Part shown: positions 1 through 9,726 of the stretch, piece after piece
Numbering within the stretch: position 1 is the first letter of the stretch
Layout: each line of letters begins with the position of its first letter
Notes under the pieces: model-generated
What the model was told of the DNA's origin: nothing
Databases searched by the model: none
Seen by the model: only the letters and a program-made list of their open reading frames with translations
Source of the DNA: Campylobacterales bacterium
Lineage (GTDB): Bacteria > Campylobacterota > Campylobacteria > Campylobacterales > Sulfurimonadaceae
Assembly (NCBI GenBank): GCA_016938735.1
Contig: JAFGUB010000015.1
Location: 4,806-68,805, forward strand
Reading direction: 5' to 3'
Length of the DNA stretch: 64,000 bases
Program-made: the position numbers and the translations under genes

Positions 1-2
1 GT

Positions 3-644
3 GGATACTGGATCATCGGCGACGCCCATGGCTGTTATTACACCGTTTTGGAGCTGATCGAGGCCATCGGAACGGATGATGGGCTGATCTTCACCGGCGA
101 CCTCGTCGATCGCGGATCGCACAGCCGCGCACTCGTGGGTATGGTGAAAGAGCGCGGCTACGGCTGCGTTATGGGCAACCACGAGCTGATGATGTTGCGC
201 CACTACGGTCACGCCGATGCCCCGCAGTGGGCGAGTTCCAAAGCGTGGGGCGGCGGCGCGACCATCAAGAGCTACGCCGGATTTGAGACGGAGCGCGAAG
301 CGCATCTGCGCTGGATCAAGTCACTGCCCTATTACCTGCTGCATGATCGGCTCTTTATCAGCCACGGCTTCGGGCTCCCCTACTTTGAACGCAAAGAGAC
401 TCCGCGCTACCGCGAACGGCTTGCATGGAGCCGTCTTGAAGAGCGCGATGCCAAAAGCGATTGGGAGGCGTTTGAAGCGTACGACCTCTTCAACGTCTTT
501 GGCCACACCGTCTACGATACGCCGCTAATGAGCGCTCAGTATGCGGGCATCGACACCGGATGCGCCTACGGACGGCGGCTCAGCGCCCTGCACTACCCTT
601 CACTCAAAACCTTGCATGTAAACGCCCATCGACTTGATCTGTGA
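3..644 (+). CDS. Metallophosphoesterase (PrpE/ApaH-like phosphatase), 5' end outside window
   Basis: The frame is open from nt 3 to the stop at 642-644. Translation GYWIIGDAHGC...GDLVDRG...GNHE carries the GDxHG, GDxxDR and GNHE metallophosphatase motifs. Track ORF 48..644 is the in-frame remainder. Confidence 0.75.
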   Translation, partial: GYWIIGDAHGCYYTVLELIEAIGTDDGLIFTGDLVDRGSHSRALVGMVKERGYGCVMGNHELMMLRHYGHADAPQWASSKAWGGGATIKSYAGFETEREAHLRWIKSLPYYLLHDRLFISHGFGLPYFERKETPRYRERLAWSRLEERDAKSDWEAFEAYDLFNVFGHTVYDTPLMSAQYAGIDTGCAYGRRLSALHYPSLKTLHVNAHRLDL

Positions 645-676
645 TGCGCTAAAATACACCTCTAAAAGGAGCCATT

Positions 677-901
677 ATGAGCGACATGATCCCCATCGAA
701 CAGTATGCGGCGGCTCAGCGCGTCAGTATCTATTCGGTCATCCAGAAGATCAATCGGGGCGAGCTGCAAGAGCATATCGAAACGGTTGAAGGGGTAAAAA
801 AGCGCTTTATTCTTCAGGCGCAACCTCAGCAGCACGACTACAAAGCGGCCTACGAAGCACTGCAAAAAGAGCTCGAAGCGCTCAAAGCCAAACAGCAATA
901 A
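677..901 (+). CDS. Small hypothetical protein, possible helix-turn-helix
   Basis: 74-aa ORF with AAAGGAG about 5 nt upstream of the ATG. Segment AAQRVSIYSVIQKINRGEL looks like an HTH. No family recognised. Confidence 0.4.
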   Translation: MSDMIPIEQYAAAQRVSIYSVIQKINRGELQEHIETVEGVKKRFILQAQPQQHDYKAAYEALQKELEALKAKQQ

Positions 902-911
902 AGCATCGACG

Positions 912-2240
912 ATGGAGCTTTTAGAGCGCATTTTTGGCATACGGTCTCGCCACTCGACCCTCTCAAACGAGCTGATCGGAGGAGTGAGCACCTACATGAC
1001 GCTCGCCTACATCCTCATCGTTCAGCCCATCGTTCTCTCGGCCGCCGGTATGGAGTTCGGCGCGGTACTCACGGCTACCGCGCTCGCCTCGGCGCTGGCT
1101 TGTTTTATCATGGGCTTTTACGCCAACTACCCCATCGCCCTCGCTCCCGCGATGGGTCACAACTTCTATTTTGCCTTTGCCGTCGTGCTGGGAATGGGGA
1201 TAGCCTGGCAAGAGGCACTGGCCGCCGTCTTTACGGCGGGCGTACTCTTTGTCGGGCTGACGCTGTTGGGGATTCGCCGCACGATCATGGATGCCCTGCC
1301 GCTCTCGCTGCTCAATGCCATCGGGGTGGGTATAGGACTGCTCATCGCTTTGGTGGGGCTGGAGTGGTCGGGGATCATCGTCGATGCCCAAGGCACCCTC
1401 GTGGGGCTAGGAGATCTCTCAAACGGTGCCACGCTGCTTTCGCTCTTTGGACTTGGCGGGCTTTCGATTCTCGCGGTGCGCGGTACGCGCGGTGCCATCT
1501 TGATCGCTATTGCCCTCAGCGCGCTTGCGGGGTTCGCATCGGGCCTTTTGGAGTACCGTGGGCTCTTTTCTGCGCCGCCTTCGCTCTCTCCCACCGCGTT
1601 TGCACTCGATTTTTCACTCTTTTGGAGCGCCGAGTTTTGGGTGATCGTAGCGGTTTTTATCTTTTTGGATCTCTTTGACACCATCGGCACCTTTGCCGCC
1701 GTTGCCCCCGAAGCGGGACTGACACGTTCTGACGGTACTCCCGATATCAGCAACAAAGCGATGCTCGCCGACAGCAGCGCTACGGTGATCGGCGCGCTAC
1801 TGGGCACCTCCACGATTACCTCGTACGTCGAAAGCGCTTCAGGCATCGCTGAGGGAGCACGCACAGGTCTTGCGGCCGTCGTAACGGGGGTGTTGCTGCT
1901 GCTAAGCCCGCTGCTCTATCCGCTGATCCAAAGCGTCGCGGGCGGGGTACAGGTCTCGCCCGCACTCACGCTCTACCCCGTAGCGGCGCCTGTTTTGATC
2001 TTCATCGGCGTCGTGATGATGAAGCGGGTACGCGGCATCGACTGGGAACGTATGAGCGAAGCGATACCCGCATTTTTGACGATTACGGTGATGATGCTCT
2101 CACTGAGCATCACGGAGGGAATCGCTTTTGGTATCATCAGCTACAGCCTGCTGAGCCTCTTTGAGCGCAGCACCAAAGTCCACATCCTTTTACATGTACT
2201 CGCGCTTATACTGCTTGGACGCTATCTTTTTCTGGTTTAA
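912..2240 (+). CDS. NCS2-family purine permease (AzgA/PbuG-like adenine/guanine/hypoxanthine transporter)
   Basis: 442-aa polytopic membrane protein. The N-terminal ELIGGVSTYMTLAYILIVQP block and overall hydrophobic pattern are typical of AzgA-type permeases. Confidence 0.8.
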   Translation: MELLERIFGIRSRHSTLSNELIGGVSTYMTLAYILIVQPIVLSAAGMEFGAVLTATALASALACFIMGFYANYPIALAPAMGHNFYFAFAVVLGMGIAWQEALAAVFTAGVLFVGLTLLGIRRTIMDALPLSLLNAIGVGIGLLIALVGLEWSGIIVDAQGTLVGLGDLSNGATLLSLFGLGGLSILAVRGTRGAILIAIALSALAGFASGLLEYRGLFSAPPSLSPTAFALDFSLFWSAEFWVIVAVFIFLDLFDTIGTFAAVAPEAGLTRSDGTPDISNKAMLADSSATVIGALLGTSTITSYVESASGIAEGARTGLAAVVTGVLLLLSPLLYPLIQSVAGGVQVSPALTLYPVAAPVLIFIGVVMMKRVRGIDWERMSEAIPAFLTITVMMLSLSITEGIAFGIISYSLLSLFERSTKVHILLHVLALILLGRYLFLV

Positions 2241-2835
2241 CAGCGCAGAGCAAAAAGATCGGATAGCCCCGTCCGCTCTCGCGTAGTACCGTGTGCGCGG
2301 TCTCGAACCTCACGTGCTCAAAACCCGCATCGGCGCAGAAAGACGCGAGTGCGTCACGTTGAAATCCGAAGTGAAAGACCCCGTCGTTGCCGTGGCTGTG
2401 AAAGGTGCCGTCTTCGGCGTCAAGATCACACAGCGCAATGAATCCGCCGGGATTGAGATGCTCGAAAAAGACCTTCATCAATTCGCGTGTATCCTCCACA
2501 TGGTGCAGCGCCATCGCGCTGACGATCCCGTCAAAATCCCCCTCCAGCGGATCGTGGAGAATGTTGCGGCAGTAGGGGGTGACCACCGCTTTGATCGACG
2601 CTTTTTGCTCCAGCTCGCCAAGCATTCCGGATGATACGTCCACGGCGGCGATACTGCGCACCAGCGGGGCGAGACGCTCGCTCAGCAGCCCCGTCCCTGC
2701 CCCAAAGTCCATCAGACGCATCGAAGGTCTGAGTGCGACATGGGTCTCTATGGCCTGCGCGATGGCACTGGAGAGGCGGGTACGGGTGTCGTTTTGGTCC
2801 CATGTTTTGGCCGCTTCGTCGAATCGTTTACTCAT
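2206..2835 (-). CDS. Class I SAM-dependent methyltransferase
   Basis: 209 aa with SAM-binding motif I LMDFGAGTGLLS and a downstream ALHHV block. It converges on and overlaps the permease 3' end. Confidence 0.75.
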   Translation of the reverse strand: MSKRFDEAAKTWDQNDTRTRLSSAIAQAIETHVALRPSMRLMDFGAGTGLLSERLAPLVRSIAAVDVSSGMLGELEQKASIKAVVTPYCRNILHDPLEGDFDGIVSAMALHHVEDTRELMKVFFEHLNPGGFIALCDLDAEDGTFHSHGNDGVFHFGFQRDALASFCADAGFEHVRFETAHTVLRESGRGYPIFLLCAVKPEKDSVQAV

Positions 2836-2938
2836 ATTGGCTCCTTAAAAATGATCGCGCATGATAGCCCAGTGAAGACTCCTGCAAGCTTACATGTAAG
2901 CCTTAGAAGATTATAATTGATTCAAAAAAAGGCTCTGT

Positions 2939-3493
2939 ATGCACTTTTTATGGCGCGCTGACAGCCACTTCAATCTGGCCAATCTTGTCACGATGATCAA
3001 TATCTCCGCCGGTCTGATCGCCGTTTACATGATTACGCAGCATCTCTTCGTCATCGCCATCGTCCTAGCATGGATCGGCGGTATTTGCGACATTATCGAC
3101 GGCAAAATCGCGCGGCGCTACAAGCTCTCCAACCCCTTTGGCATCCAGCTCGACTCTTTTGCCGACTTTCTCTCGTTTGTGCTTGTGCCCACCTTTTTGA
3201 TATTTGAGACCGTCTACGCTTCGGTAGAGTTTCCGGCACTCATTGTCTGCGCGGGGGTAAGCATCTACTACGTCATCTCCGGTCTGCGCCGTCTCATCGC
3301 TTTTAATCTAGGCAGCGTGAGCGGCGAAGTGGCCCGCTACTTTGTCGGTGTCCCTACGCCGCTGGGGGCGATTTTGCTCTGGCTGGTTTATCTGGGCTTT
3401 ATCTACGGCCTCATCCCGCAAGCAGGCGTGATGGCGCTGATGGTGGCCATCGGCTACCTGCTCAACTCCAAACTCAAAATCCCCCATCCCTAA
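2939..3493 (+). CDS. CDP-alcohol phosphatidyltransferase family protein
   Basis: 184-aa membrane protein. DIIDGKIARR...FGIQLDSFADFLS matches D(x)2DG(x)2AR...G(x)3D(x)3D. Confidence 0.7.
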   Translation: MHFLWRADSHFNLANLVTMINISAGLIAVYMITQHLFVIAIVLAWIGGICDIIDGKIARRYKLSNPFGIQLDSFADFLSFVLVPTFLIFETVYASVEFPALIVCAGVSIYYVISGLRRLIAFNLGSVSGEVARYFVGVPTPLGAILLWLVYLGFIYGLIPQAGVMALMVAIGYLLNSKLKIPHP

Positions 3494-3502
3494 GGAGCAC
3501 TT

Positions 3503-4204
3503 ATGAAAGAGGTCCTCAAAAATTTCACAATCCTCTACGTCGAAGATGAAGAGCCGGTGCGTAAAGCTGCCGCTGAGTATCTGCGCCGCATGTGCAAAGA
3601 GGTGCTCGAAGCCAAAGACGGCAAAGAGGCGATTGTGCTGTGGAAGAGCCACCACCCCGACATCATCATCACCGACATCAACATGCCCCGCCTGAGCGGC
3701 ATCGATATGGCCCGCTACATCCGCGCTCAAGATACCCAAACCCAGATCATCATCGCCACGGCCCACGCCGATACGGAGTACCTGATGGAGGCGGTGGAGC
3801 TGCAGCTGGTCAAATACCTCATCAAACCCATCACCAAAGAGAAGCTCATCGGCGCACTGGAGCAGTCGGTCAAACTCACCGAAAACAAGTCCAAATTCTC
3901 TATTTCGCTCTCCGATGAGTGCCGCTACAACGCCTTTACCCAAAGCGTTACATGTAACGACGTCGAGATCAAACTGACCAAAAATGAGCGCCTATTTATG
4001 GATCTGCTCGCCCACTACCACACCCGCGTCGTACGCTATGAGGAGATCGAATCGGCCATCTGGCCCTATGAGGGGATGAGCCAAGACGCTATCCGCTCCT
4101 TGGTGCGCGGTCTGCGCAAAAAGGTCCCTGAGCGCTGCATCGAAAATATCTCCGGCGTCGGCTACAAACTCAATCTTTACGATGCTTCGGAACCACAATC
4201 CTAA
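3503..4204 (+). CDS. Response regulator, receiver plus OmpR/PhoB-type winged helix
   Basis: 233 aa. Receiver motifs are LYVEDEE, DIIITDINMP and KP. C-terminal LTKNERLFMDLL...GVGYKL forms a winged helix. TAAGGAG lies upstream of the ATG. Confidence 0.85.
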   Translation: MKEVLKNFTILYVEDEEPVRKAAAEYLRRMCKEVLEAKDGKEAIVLWKSHHPDIIITDINMPRLSGIDMARYIRAQDTQTQIIIATAHADTEYLMEAVELQLVKYLIKPITKEKLIGALEQSVKLTENKSKFSISLSDECRYNAFTQSVTCNDVEIKLTKNERLFMDLLAHYHTRVVRYEEIESAIWPYEGMSQDAIRSLVRGLRKKVPERCIENISGVGYKLNLYDASEPQS

Positions 4205-6077
4205 AACAGGCGCCCTGCGCATCGTTGTAGGCTTCAAGCCGGCCCCCAAGATGCCCCTCGACGATGGTTTTGGACATGTACAGCCCCAAGCCCGTCCCCT
4301 GTGAAGCCGATTTAGTGGAGAAGTAGGGATCAAAAATACGCGGCAAAATCTCCTCGCCGATCCCTCCGGCATTGTCGCACACCTCGATAATGCACGCCTC
4401 TTCCTCTTCAAAGCTGCGCGCCCGCACGATAGGCACCGCCACATCGCGCTCGATCAAGACCTCTTTGGCATTTTTGAGCAAATTGAGCACCACCTGCATC
4501 AGCTCGTTACGGTAGAGCTCTAGCGACGTATGCGAAGCGTAGCTTACATGTAAGGCGATAGCGTCCACCTCAAAGGTCTGCTCAATGAGCGGCAGGGTCT
4601 GCGAGAGCACCTCCGATAGGGTCGTCTGGCTACGCGCCTTGTCGGGACGGAAATAGTTACGAAAATCATCGATGGTCTGCGACATAAACTCCAGCAGCCG
4701 TGTCCCCTCGCGCAGCTTATCCTCCATATACTGCGGGGTAAGTTCCTTGTACTCGTACGCCCCTTCGATGTTCATAAAGACATACGAGAGCTGATTGAGC
4801 GGCTGACGCCACTGATGCGCGATCATCGAGATCATGTCCCCCATTTCAGCCATTTTCGACTGCTGAATCAGCATCTTCTCTTTCTCTTGATGCTGAAATA
4901 GTGCCTCTTTGATCCGCTCCTCCAGCGACGCATTGAGTTCACGCAACTTCTGCTCGCGGTCGCGCAGTTTACGCTGATAGAGCAAAAAGAGCTTACTGGT
5001 GTGACGGGAGATCATCAGCGAGATCACGATACTGACCAAACTGATCATAAATGCACCGAAGATGATGCGCAGCATCTCCTGATCGATCCGCCGCTCCAGC
5101 CGCTTTTGGCTCTCAATCAGCCCCGTATCAAATCCGGAGTGTTCAAAACCGTACACCAACGTCCAGCCAAAGGGCTCAAAGTGCTTTACATGTACCATCG
5201 CATGCTGTCCTTCGATCTCGAACCACTCCTTTTGAGGCTCCTGCGCCATGCGATAGCGCATCTCGGCGTCGATATACCGCTCCGCACTGCCCGAGCGATA
5301 AGGCATCCGATCCTGCTCCAATACGGCAATAAAACCGCTGCGCTCATTGGGGAAAGAGCGGATCATCTCGATCATCCGCTTTTTAAGCGCCGATCTGGCC
5401 GCTTCGATCGCCATTGCACTCCCAAAAAACCACTCGTAAGGGCCGAAATTGCGCACATAGTGAATCTCCTCACCGACCGCTTCACTCCATCTGGTTTTGA
5501 TAAACCCCGCACCGCGCTTACGCGCCGTCTGTATCTGCTCCAGGACGATCGCGCGACCATCCGCGTCCACAAAATCAATAATATTGCCACTTGGCAAAGA
5601 GGGCTCCGCAGACAAGATCGTGTTGCCCTGATAGTCGGTGATACGGATGGAGTTGCGCTGCGTCCCCTCCCACACCATCCGCCGTAGCGAATCAACGATA
5701 TGACGCTGAATCACCGCTTCATGCGAGATATTTTGGTACTTTTCATGAATATACAAGGCCGTATCATAAGCCAGATCAACACGGCTTTTGAGCGTACTGC
5801 GGATACCCACTTCAAGATGCGCCTCTTCATACTCAAGCATCTGAACGGTCTGCTTGATCCAGTTCTCGCTTTGAAGCTGTCTGGTGGCGATGTAGGCTTT
5901 GAGATTGCGCTGCTGCTCGTCATGGTACGTTTCGCGAATACGCTTGACATAAAGATAGGTAGCCACCCCAACCACCAGCAACACGCTAAAAAGCGGCGTC
6001 AGCAGGATCAACTTGGCGATAGAGCGCTCCGAAATACGCATCATAGATTCTCTTTGGGCAAAATCAATCGCGCCCAT
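4170..6077 (-). CDS. Membrane sensor histidine kinase
   Basis: 635-aa ORF with TM segments, a coiled coil, H-box MIAHQWRQPL and HATPase_c blocks NLLKNA, DNAGGI, GTGLGLYMS. The 3' end overlaps the convergent regulator gene by 35 nt. The true start may be the internal MMRISERS (about 6044), because the ATG at 6077 is embedded in a TATAAT-like box. Confidence 0.85.
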   Translation of the reverse strand: MGAIDFAQRESMMRISERSIAKLILLTPLFSVLLVVGVATYLYVKRIRETYHDEQQRNLKAYIATRQLQSENWIKQTVQMLEYEEAHLEVGIRSTLKSRVDLAYDTALYIHEKYQNISHEAVIQRHIVDSLRRMVWEGTQRNSIRITDYQGNTILSAEPSLPSGNIIDFVDADGRAIVLEQIQTARKRGAGFIKTRWSEAVGEEIHYVRNFGPYEWFFGSAMAIEAARSALKKRMIEMIRSFPNERSGFIAVLEQDRMPYRSGSAERYIDAEMRYRMAQEPQKEWFEIEGQHAMVHVKHFEPFGWTLVYGFEHSGFDTGLIESQKRLERRIDQEMLRIIFGAFMISLVSIVISLMISRHTSKLFLLYQRKLRDREQKLRELNASLEERIKEALFQHQEKEKMLIQQSKMAEMGDMISMIAHQWRQPLNQLSYVFMNIEGAYEYKELTPQYMEDKLREGTRLLEFMSQTIDDFRNYFRPDKARSQTTLSEVLSQTLPLIEQTFEVDAIALHVSYASHTSLELYRNELMQVVLNLLKNAKEVLIERDVAVPIVRARSFEEEEACIIEVCDNAGGIGEEILPRIFDPYFSTKSASQGTGLGLYMSKTIVEGHLGGRLEAYNDAQGACFRIVVPKHRKD

Positions 6078-6106
6078 TATAACCCAAAGTCATCTTTGGT
6101 TATAAT
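6077..6106. promoter_or_regulatory. Inverted repeat TTATAACCCAAAG-tcat-CTTTGGTTATAA with back-to-back TATAAT-like boxes in the kinase/serS divergent region
   Basis: Left arm 6077-6089 and right arm 6094-6105 are complementary apart from one extra C. TATAAT at 6101-6106 faces serS and the reverse-strand TATAAT at 6076-6081 faces the kinase gene. A TTACATGTAA copy follows at 6115-6124. Confidence 0.3.
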
Positions 6107-6135
6107 CCAAGCCATTACATGTAAGCAGGAACCGC

Positions 6136-7380
6136 ATGATCGATCTTAAACTTCTACAAAAAGATTTCGACGCCATCTCAGGCGCGCTTAGCCGCAAAAA
6201 AGTAGACGCAACGCTCATCGAAGCACTCAAAGAGAAAAACGAAGCCCTCAAATCCGCCAAAGCCGCCTACGAACGCGCCCAAGCCGCCCAAAACGAAATG
6301 AGCAAGCAGTTCGGTCTCTACAAAAAAGAGGGCAAAGATACCGCGCAGCTCAAAGCCACGCTGGATGAAAACAAAAACCAAATCACCCGCTTGCTAGAAG
6401 AGCAGCGCGAAGCCGAAGCGGCGCTCGATACGCTGGCCATGAGTATCCCCAACCTTCCCGACGCAGACGTGCCCTATGGCCAAAGCGACACAGACAACGT
6501 CGAGCTACGCCGCGTCCTTGAGCCGCGCCGCTTCGACTTCACCCCCAAGGAGCACTGGGAACTGGCCGAGCACAACGGCTGGATCGATTTTGAACGCGGC
6601 GTCAAAGTGGCCAAAAGCCGCTTTAGCGTCACCTACGACATGGGGGCAAGACTCGAGCGTGCGCTGATCAACTTCATGCTCGATTTCAACCGGGCGCGCG
6701 GTTTTACCGAAATCAGCGTCCCTTCGCTGGTCAACCGCCGCACCCTGGAAGGGACGGGACAGCTGCCCAAATTTGAAGATGATCTTTTTAAAGTCGAAGG
6801 TGAAGAGCTCTTCTTGATCCCCACCGCCGAAGTGCCGCTCACCAACCTCTACCAAGACGAAATTTTAGAGTCCGAATCCCTGCCGCTGCTGATGACCGGC
6901 TACACCTCTTGCTTTCGTAAAGAGGCAGGCTCCGCCGGACGCGACACGCGCGGCATGATCCGCCAGCATCAGTTTCATAAAGTTGAACTGGTCGCCATCA
7001 CGACCCAAGAGCAGAGCGAGGCGGTCTTTGAGCAGATGGTACAGTGCGCTTCGGATCTGCTGAGCGCCCTTGAACTACCGCACCGGCTCATGCAGCTCTG
7101 CAGCGGCGATCTGGGCTTCTCCGCCGCGCGTACCGTTGATCTGGAGGTGTGGCTGCCGGGGCAGAACTGCTACCGTGAGATCAGCTCCGTCTCCAACACC
7201 CGCGACTTTCAGGCCAGACGCGCACGCATCCGCTACAAAGAGGGGGGCAAAAACATCCTCGCGCACACCCTCAACGGCTCTTCACTCGCTGTGGGGCGTA
7301 CTATGGTGGCCATTATGGAAAACTTCCAAAACAGCGACGGCTCCATCACCCTTCCGAGCGTACTGCAGCGCTACCTCTAA
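6136..7380 (+). CDS. serS: Seryl-tRNA synthetase
   Basis: 414 aa with an N-terminal coiled-coil arm. Class II core blocks are [24 protein letters not shown] and GSSLAVGRT. Confidence 0.95.
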   Translation: MIDLKLLQKDFDAISGALSRKKVDATLIEALKEKNEALKSAKAAYERAQAAQNEMSKQFGLYKKEGKDTAQLKATLDENKNQITRLLEEQREAEAALDTLAMSIPNLPDADVPYGQSDTDNVELRRVLEPRRFDFTPKEHWELAEHNGWIDFERGVKVAKSRFSVTYDMGARLERALINFMLDFNRARGFTEISVPSLVNRRTLEGTGQLPKFEDDLFKVEGEELFLIPTAEVPLTNLYQDEILESESLPLLMTGYTSCFRKEAGSAGRDTRGMIRQHQFHKVELVAITTQEQSEAVFEQMVQCASDLLSALELPHRLMQLCSGDLGFSAARTVDLEVWLPGQNCYREISSVSNTRDFQARRARIRYKEGGKNILAHTLNGSSLAVGRTMVAIMENFQNSDGSITLPSVLQRYL

Positions 7381-7392
7381 AGCGAGCAACAG

Positions 7393-9726
7393 GTGGCACA
7401 AGAAGAGGAGATTATCATCATCGATGAGGCCGATCCTTCGGCCCCAAAAAGCGAGATCTCCGACGCTCCATCTGATGAAGAGGTGTTCAAGCGCAAGAAA
7501 AAACTCCTTTTGCTGATTGGTGGTGCCTTGATCGCACTTTTACTGATCATCGTCATCGTGCTGCTCATCTTCCGCTTGACGTCCAAAAGTGCTGCGACGA
7601 CGCAAGACATTGAAACACTCGGCGAAGAGTTCACCCAAAAAGCGCCCCAAGAGCTCCCCGCCTCACAACTTGAAAAGATGATTACCCGTGCCAATTTTCT
7701 TTATAGTAACGGCAACCAGATCGAAGCACTCAAGCTCTATGAAAAAATCGCCGTCTACTCCGAGGCGATTTCGCAATACAATCTCGGCGTAGCCCAGCTC
7801 AAAGAGGGCGAATATACCAAAGCACTGTACAACTTCAAACAGGCCATCAGCAAGGGTGAACACCGCTGTGTCAGCGCACTTAATGCGGCCGTCTGCTCGC
7901 TCTACCTCAACGATCATCAGAATTTTCGCTACTACATCGACATGGCGCACGCTTTTTTGCCTTATGAGTCCGGTTCGCCGCTTTACAGCTACTATTTTGC
8001 GTTAATCAACTATTACAAAGAGCACTACCTCGAAGCGCTGAGCGCACTGTTGCACCCTTCGTCCCAAGAGTATCCAAACGAGCGCTCAAACTTGCAAGCA
8101 AAAATTGACACCCTTTTTGGCAATTATCATCAAGCCATCGCCTCTCTTGAACCCATGAAATCGGAACAAAATGCTTTAATGCTGGGTTCTTTGTACGCAA
8201 ATATTGGCGATCTCACCCTGGCCAAAGAGCATCTACTTCAAGCTGTTCAGGAGGAGCCGGACAATTTAAGCGCGGCACTTTTTCTGACCTACGTCTATCT
8301 CAAATCCGGTCTTCACGATGATGCCGGAAAATTGCTGCGCTCACTGGGTGAACGATTTGGCGAAGCGCTCTATACGCAATATCCCATTCAAACCTATCTG
8401 CATCAAGACAAGTTTGAACCCGATAGAGTCCAAAACGCTTTTCGCGCTCAGATGAAACGCTCCCGTGTTATCCACTATCAGCAGATTTTCTATTTCGCAC
8501 CCTACAAAGTCTTTAACGCAGAACAGACCATCAGCTATATCCGTAAAGGCAACGCCAATATATACATTGACGACATCTCCTCCGCCAAAGAGTATTTACA
8601 AAAATCGACCCAAACGTCCAGTATCAATTACGGCATCGCACAGGGGATACAAAAGGCGCTGCTCTTCCGTCTTGATGAAGCCAACTCCATCTTTCTTGCA
8701 CTACATGAACAAAATCCGCGCCACTCGATTCTCAATTACAATCTAGCACTCAGCTTTGCCCAAAAAGGGGATCTCGTCAATGCCCATAACTACTTTCTCA
8801 AATCCTATTACCTTGACGCCAACAACTATATGGCAGGTATTTTCGCCATCATGAGCGCGGAACTTATCAATCAGGTGAACCCCAAGCTCGTCAGTATCAT
8901 CAAAGAGAATCTATCTCATGAAGAGGATAGCGAGGAGTTTGAGCTCTATCGTGCTTTGTTCAATTTCTCCCAGAATAATTTCGTTGCCACCCTGCCATGG
9001 CTTGAGAAGCAGTATAAAGAGCGCCCGTTGTATCTTGTACTGAACCATCTCATTGCTAGAGAAGTGGGGCGTGACACGGCTGCGCTGCAAGCGGCAGAAA
9101 AACTCAAAAATCGTCAAAACAGAGATATCCTGCCACACCTGATCTACGCCAATGCAAAATATGACTTATTAGCAACCAAAGACTATGCGAAAGCCCTCCT
9201 TAGCTATCTGCAAGAACAGTCGCTGAGTATGGAAGATCTTGAATTCGGTCCCTATCTAACCCGCCATCTCTATACCCAGGCAGCGCTCATGACCGGCACC
9301 ATACACCCGCTTAGAGTAATGCTTGAAAAAGACCTTGAAACGACAACCCAAAACCCAACCAGCCTCATCCAGGCTCTGGCCATGGTATCGCTCTACGATC
9401 AGCAGTTTGAAAATGCCTATCTGCTCTACAATCAACTCATCGACACCTACAAAGTGCTTGACTCACAAACCCTTTTTCTAGGTGCTATCGCCTCTATAGG
9501 CTCCGATCACCCAGCAAATGCCATCGCCCTGCTGGAGCTCGCAAAGCTTAAAAATCCAAATAACAAAGAGAGCCGTTTCGTCTTAGGCATGCTCTACCTG
9601 CAAAGCAAAAATGCAGAGGGAGCCGCCATTCAATTTCAACACATCGGTAACAGTGGGTTTATTTCTGATTTTATCAATTTCGAAATTGACACAAAAAAGA
9701 TGCTACTAAATAGACCGGGCACCTAG
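7393..9726 (+). CDS. Large membrane-anchored TPR-repeat protein
   Basis: 777 aa from a GTG. Acidic N-terminus, one TM helix (LLLLIGGALIALLLIIVIVLLIF), then many TPR-like A/L/Y-rich repeats. Visibly lower GC than its neighbours. Confidence 0.6.
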   Translation: MAQEEEIIIIDEADPSAPKSEISDAPSDEEVFKRKKKLLLLIGGALIALLLIIVIVLLIFRLTSKSAATTQDIETLGEEFTQKAPQELPASQLEKMITRANFLYSNGNQIEALKLYEKIAVYSEAISQYNLGVAQLKEGEYTKALYNFKQAISKGEHRCVSALNAAVCSLYLNDHQNFRYYIDMAHAFLPYESGSPLYSYYFALINYYKEHYLEALSALLHPSSQEYPNERSNLQAKIDTLFGNYHQAIASLEPMKSEQNALMLGSLYANIGDLTLAKEHLLQAVQEEPDNLSAALFLTYVYLKSGLHDDAGKLLRSLGERFGEALYTQYPIQTYLHQDKFEPDRVQNAFRAQMKRSRVIHYQQIFYFAPYKVFNAEQTISYIRKGNANIYIDDISSAKEYLQKSTQTSSINYGIAQGIQKALLFRLDEANSIFLALHEQNPRHSILNYNLALSFAQKGDLVNAHNYFLKSYYLDANNYMAGIFAIMSAELINQVNPKLVSIIKENLSHEEDSEEFELYRALFNFSQNNFVATLPWLEKQYKERPLYLVLNHLIAREVGRDTAALQAAEKLKNRQNRDILPHLIYANAKYDLLATKDYAKALLSYLQEQSLSMEDLEFGPYLTRHLYTQAALMTGTIHPLRVMLEKDLETTTQNPTSLIQALAMVSLYDQQFENAYLLYNQLIDTYKVLDSQTLFLGAIASIGSDHPANAIALLELAKLKNPNNKESRFVLGMLYLQSKNAEGAAIQFQHIGNSGFISDFINFEIDTKKMLLNRPGT

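Noticed and set aside
963-1864. Long antisense or off-frame ORFs inside high-GC genes (for example 963..1391, 1166..1864, 46182..46853, 46897..47583, 48222..48785, 49649..50263 and many others in the track)
   Set aside because: These are shadow ORFs typical of GC-rich coding DNA. They have Arg/Pro/Gly-rich low-complexity translations, overlap well-supported genes and lack RBSs.
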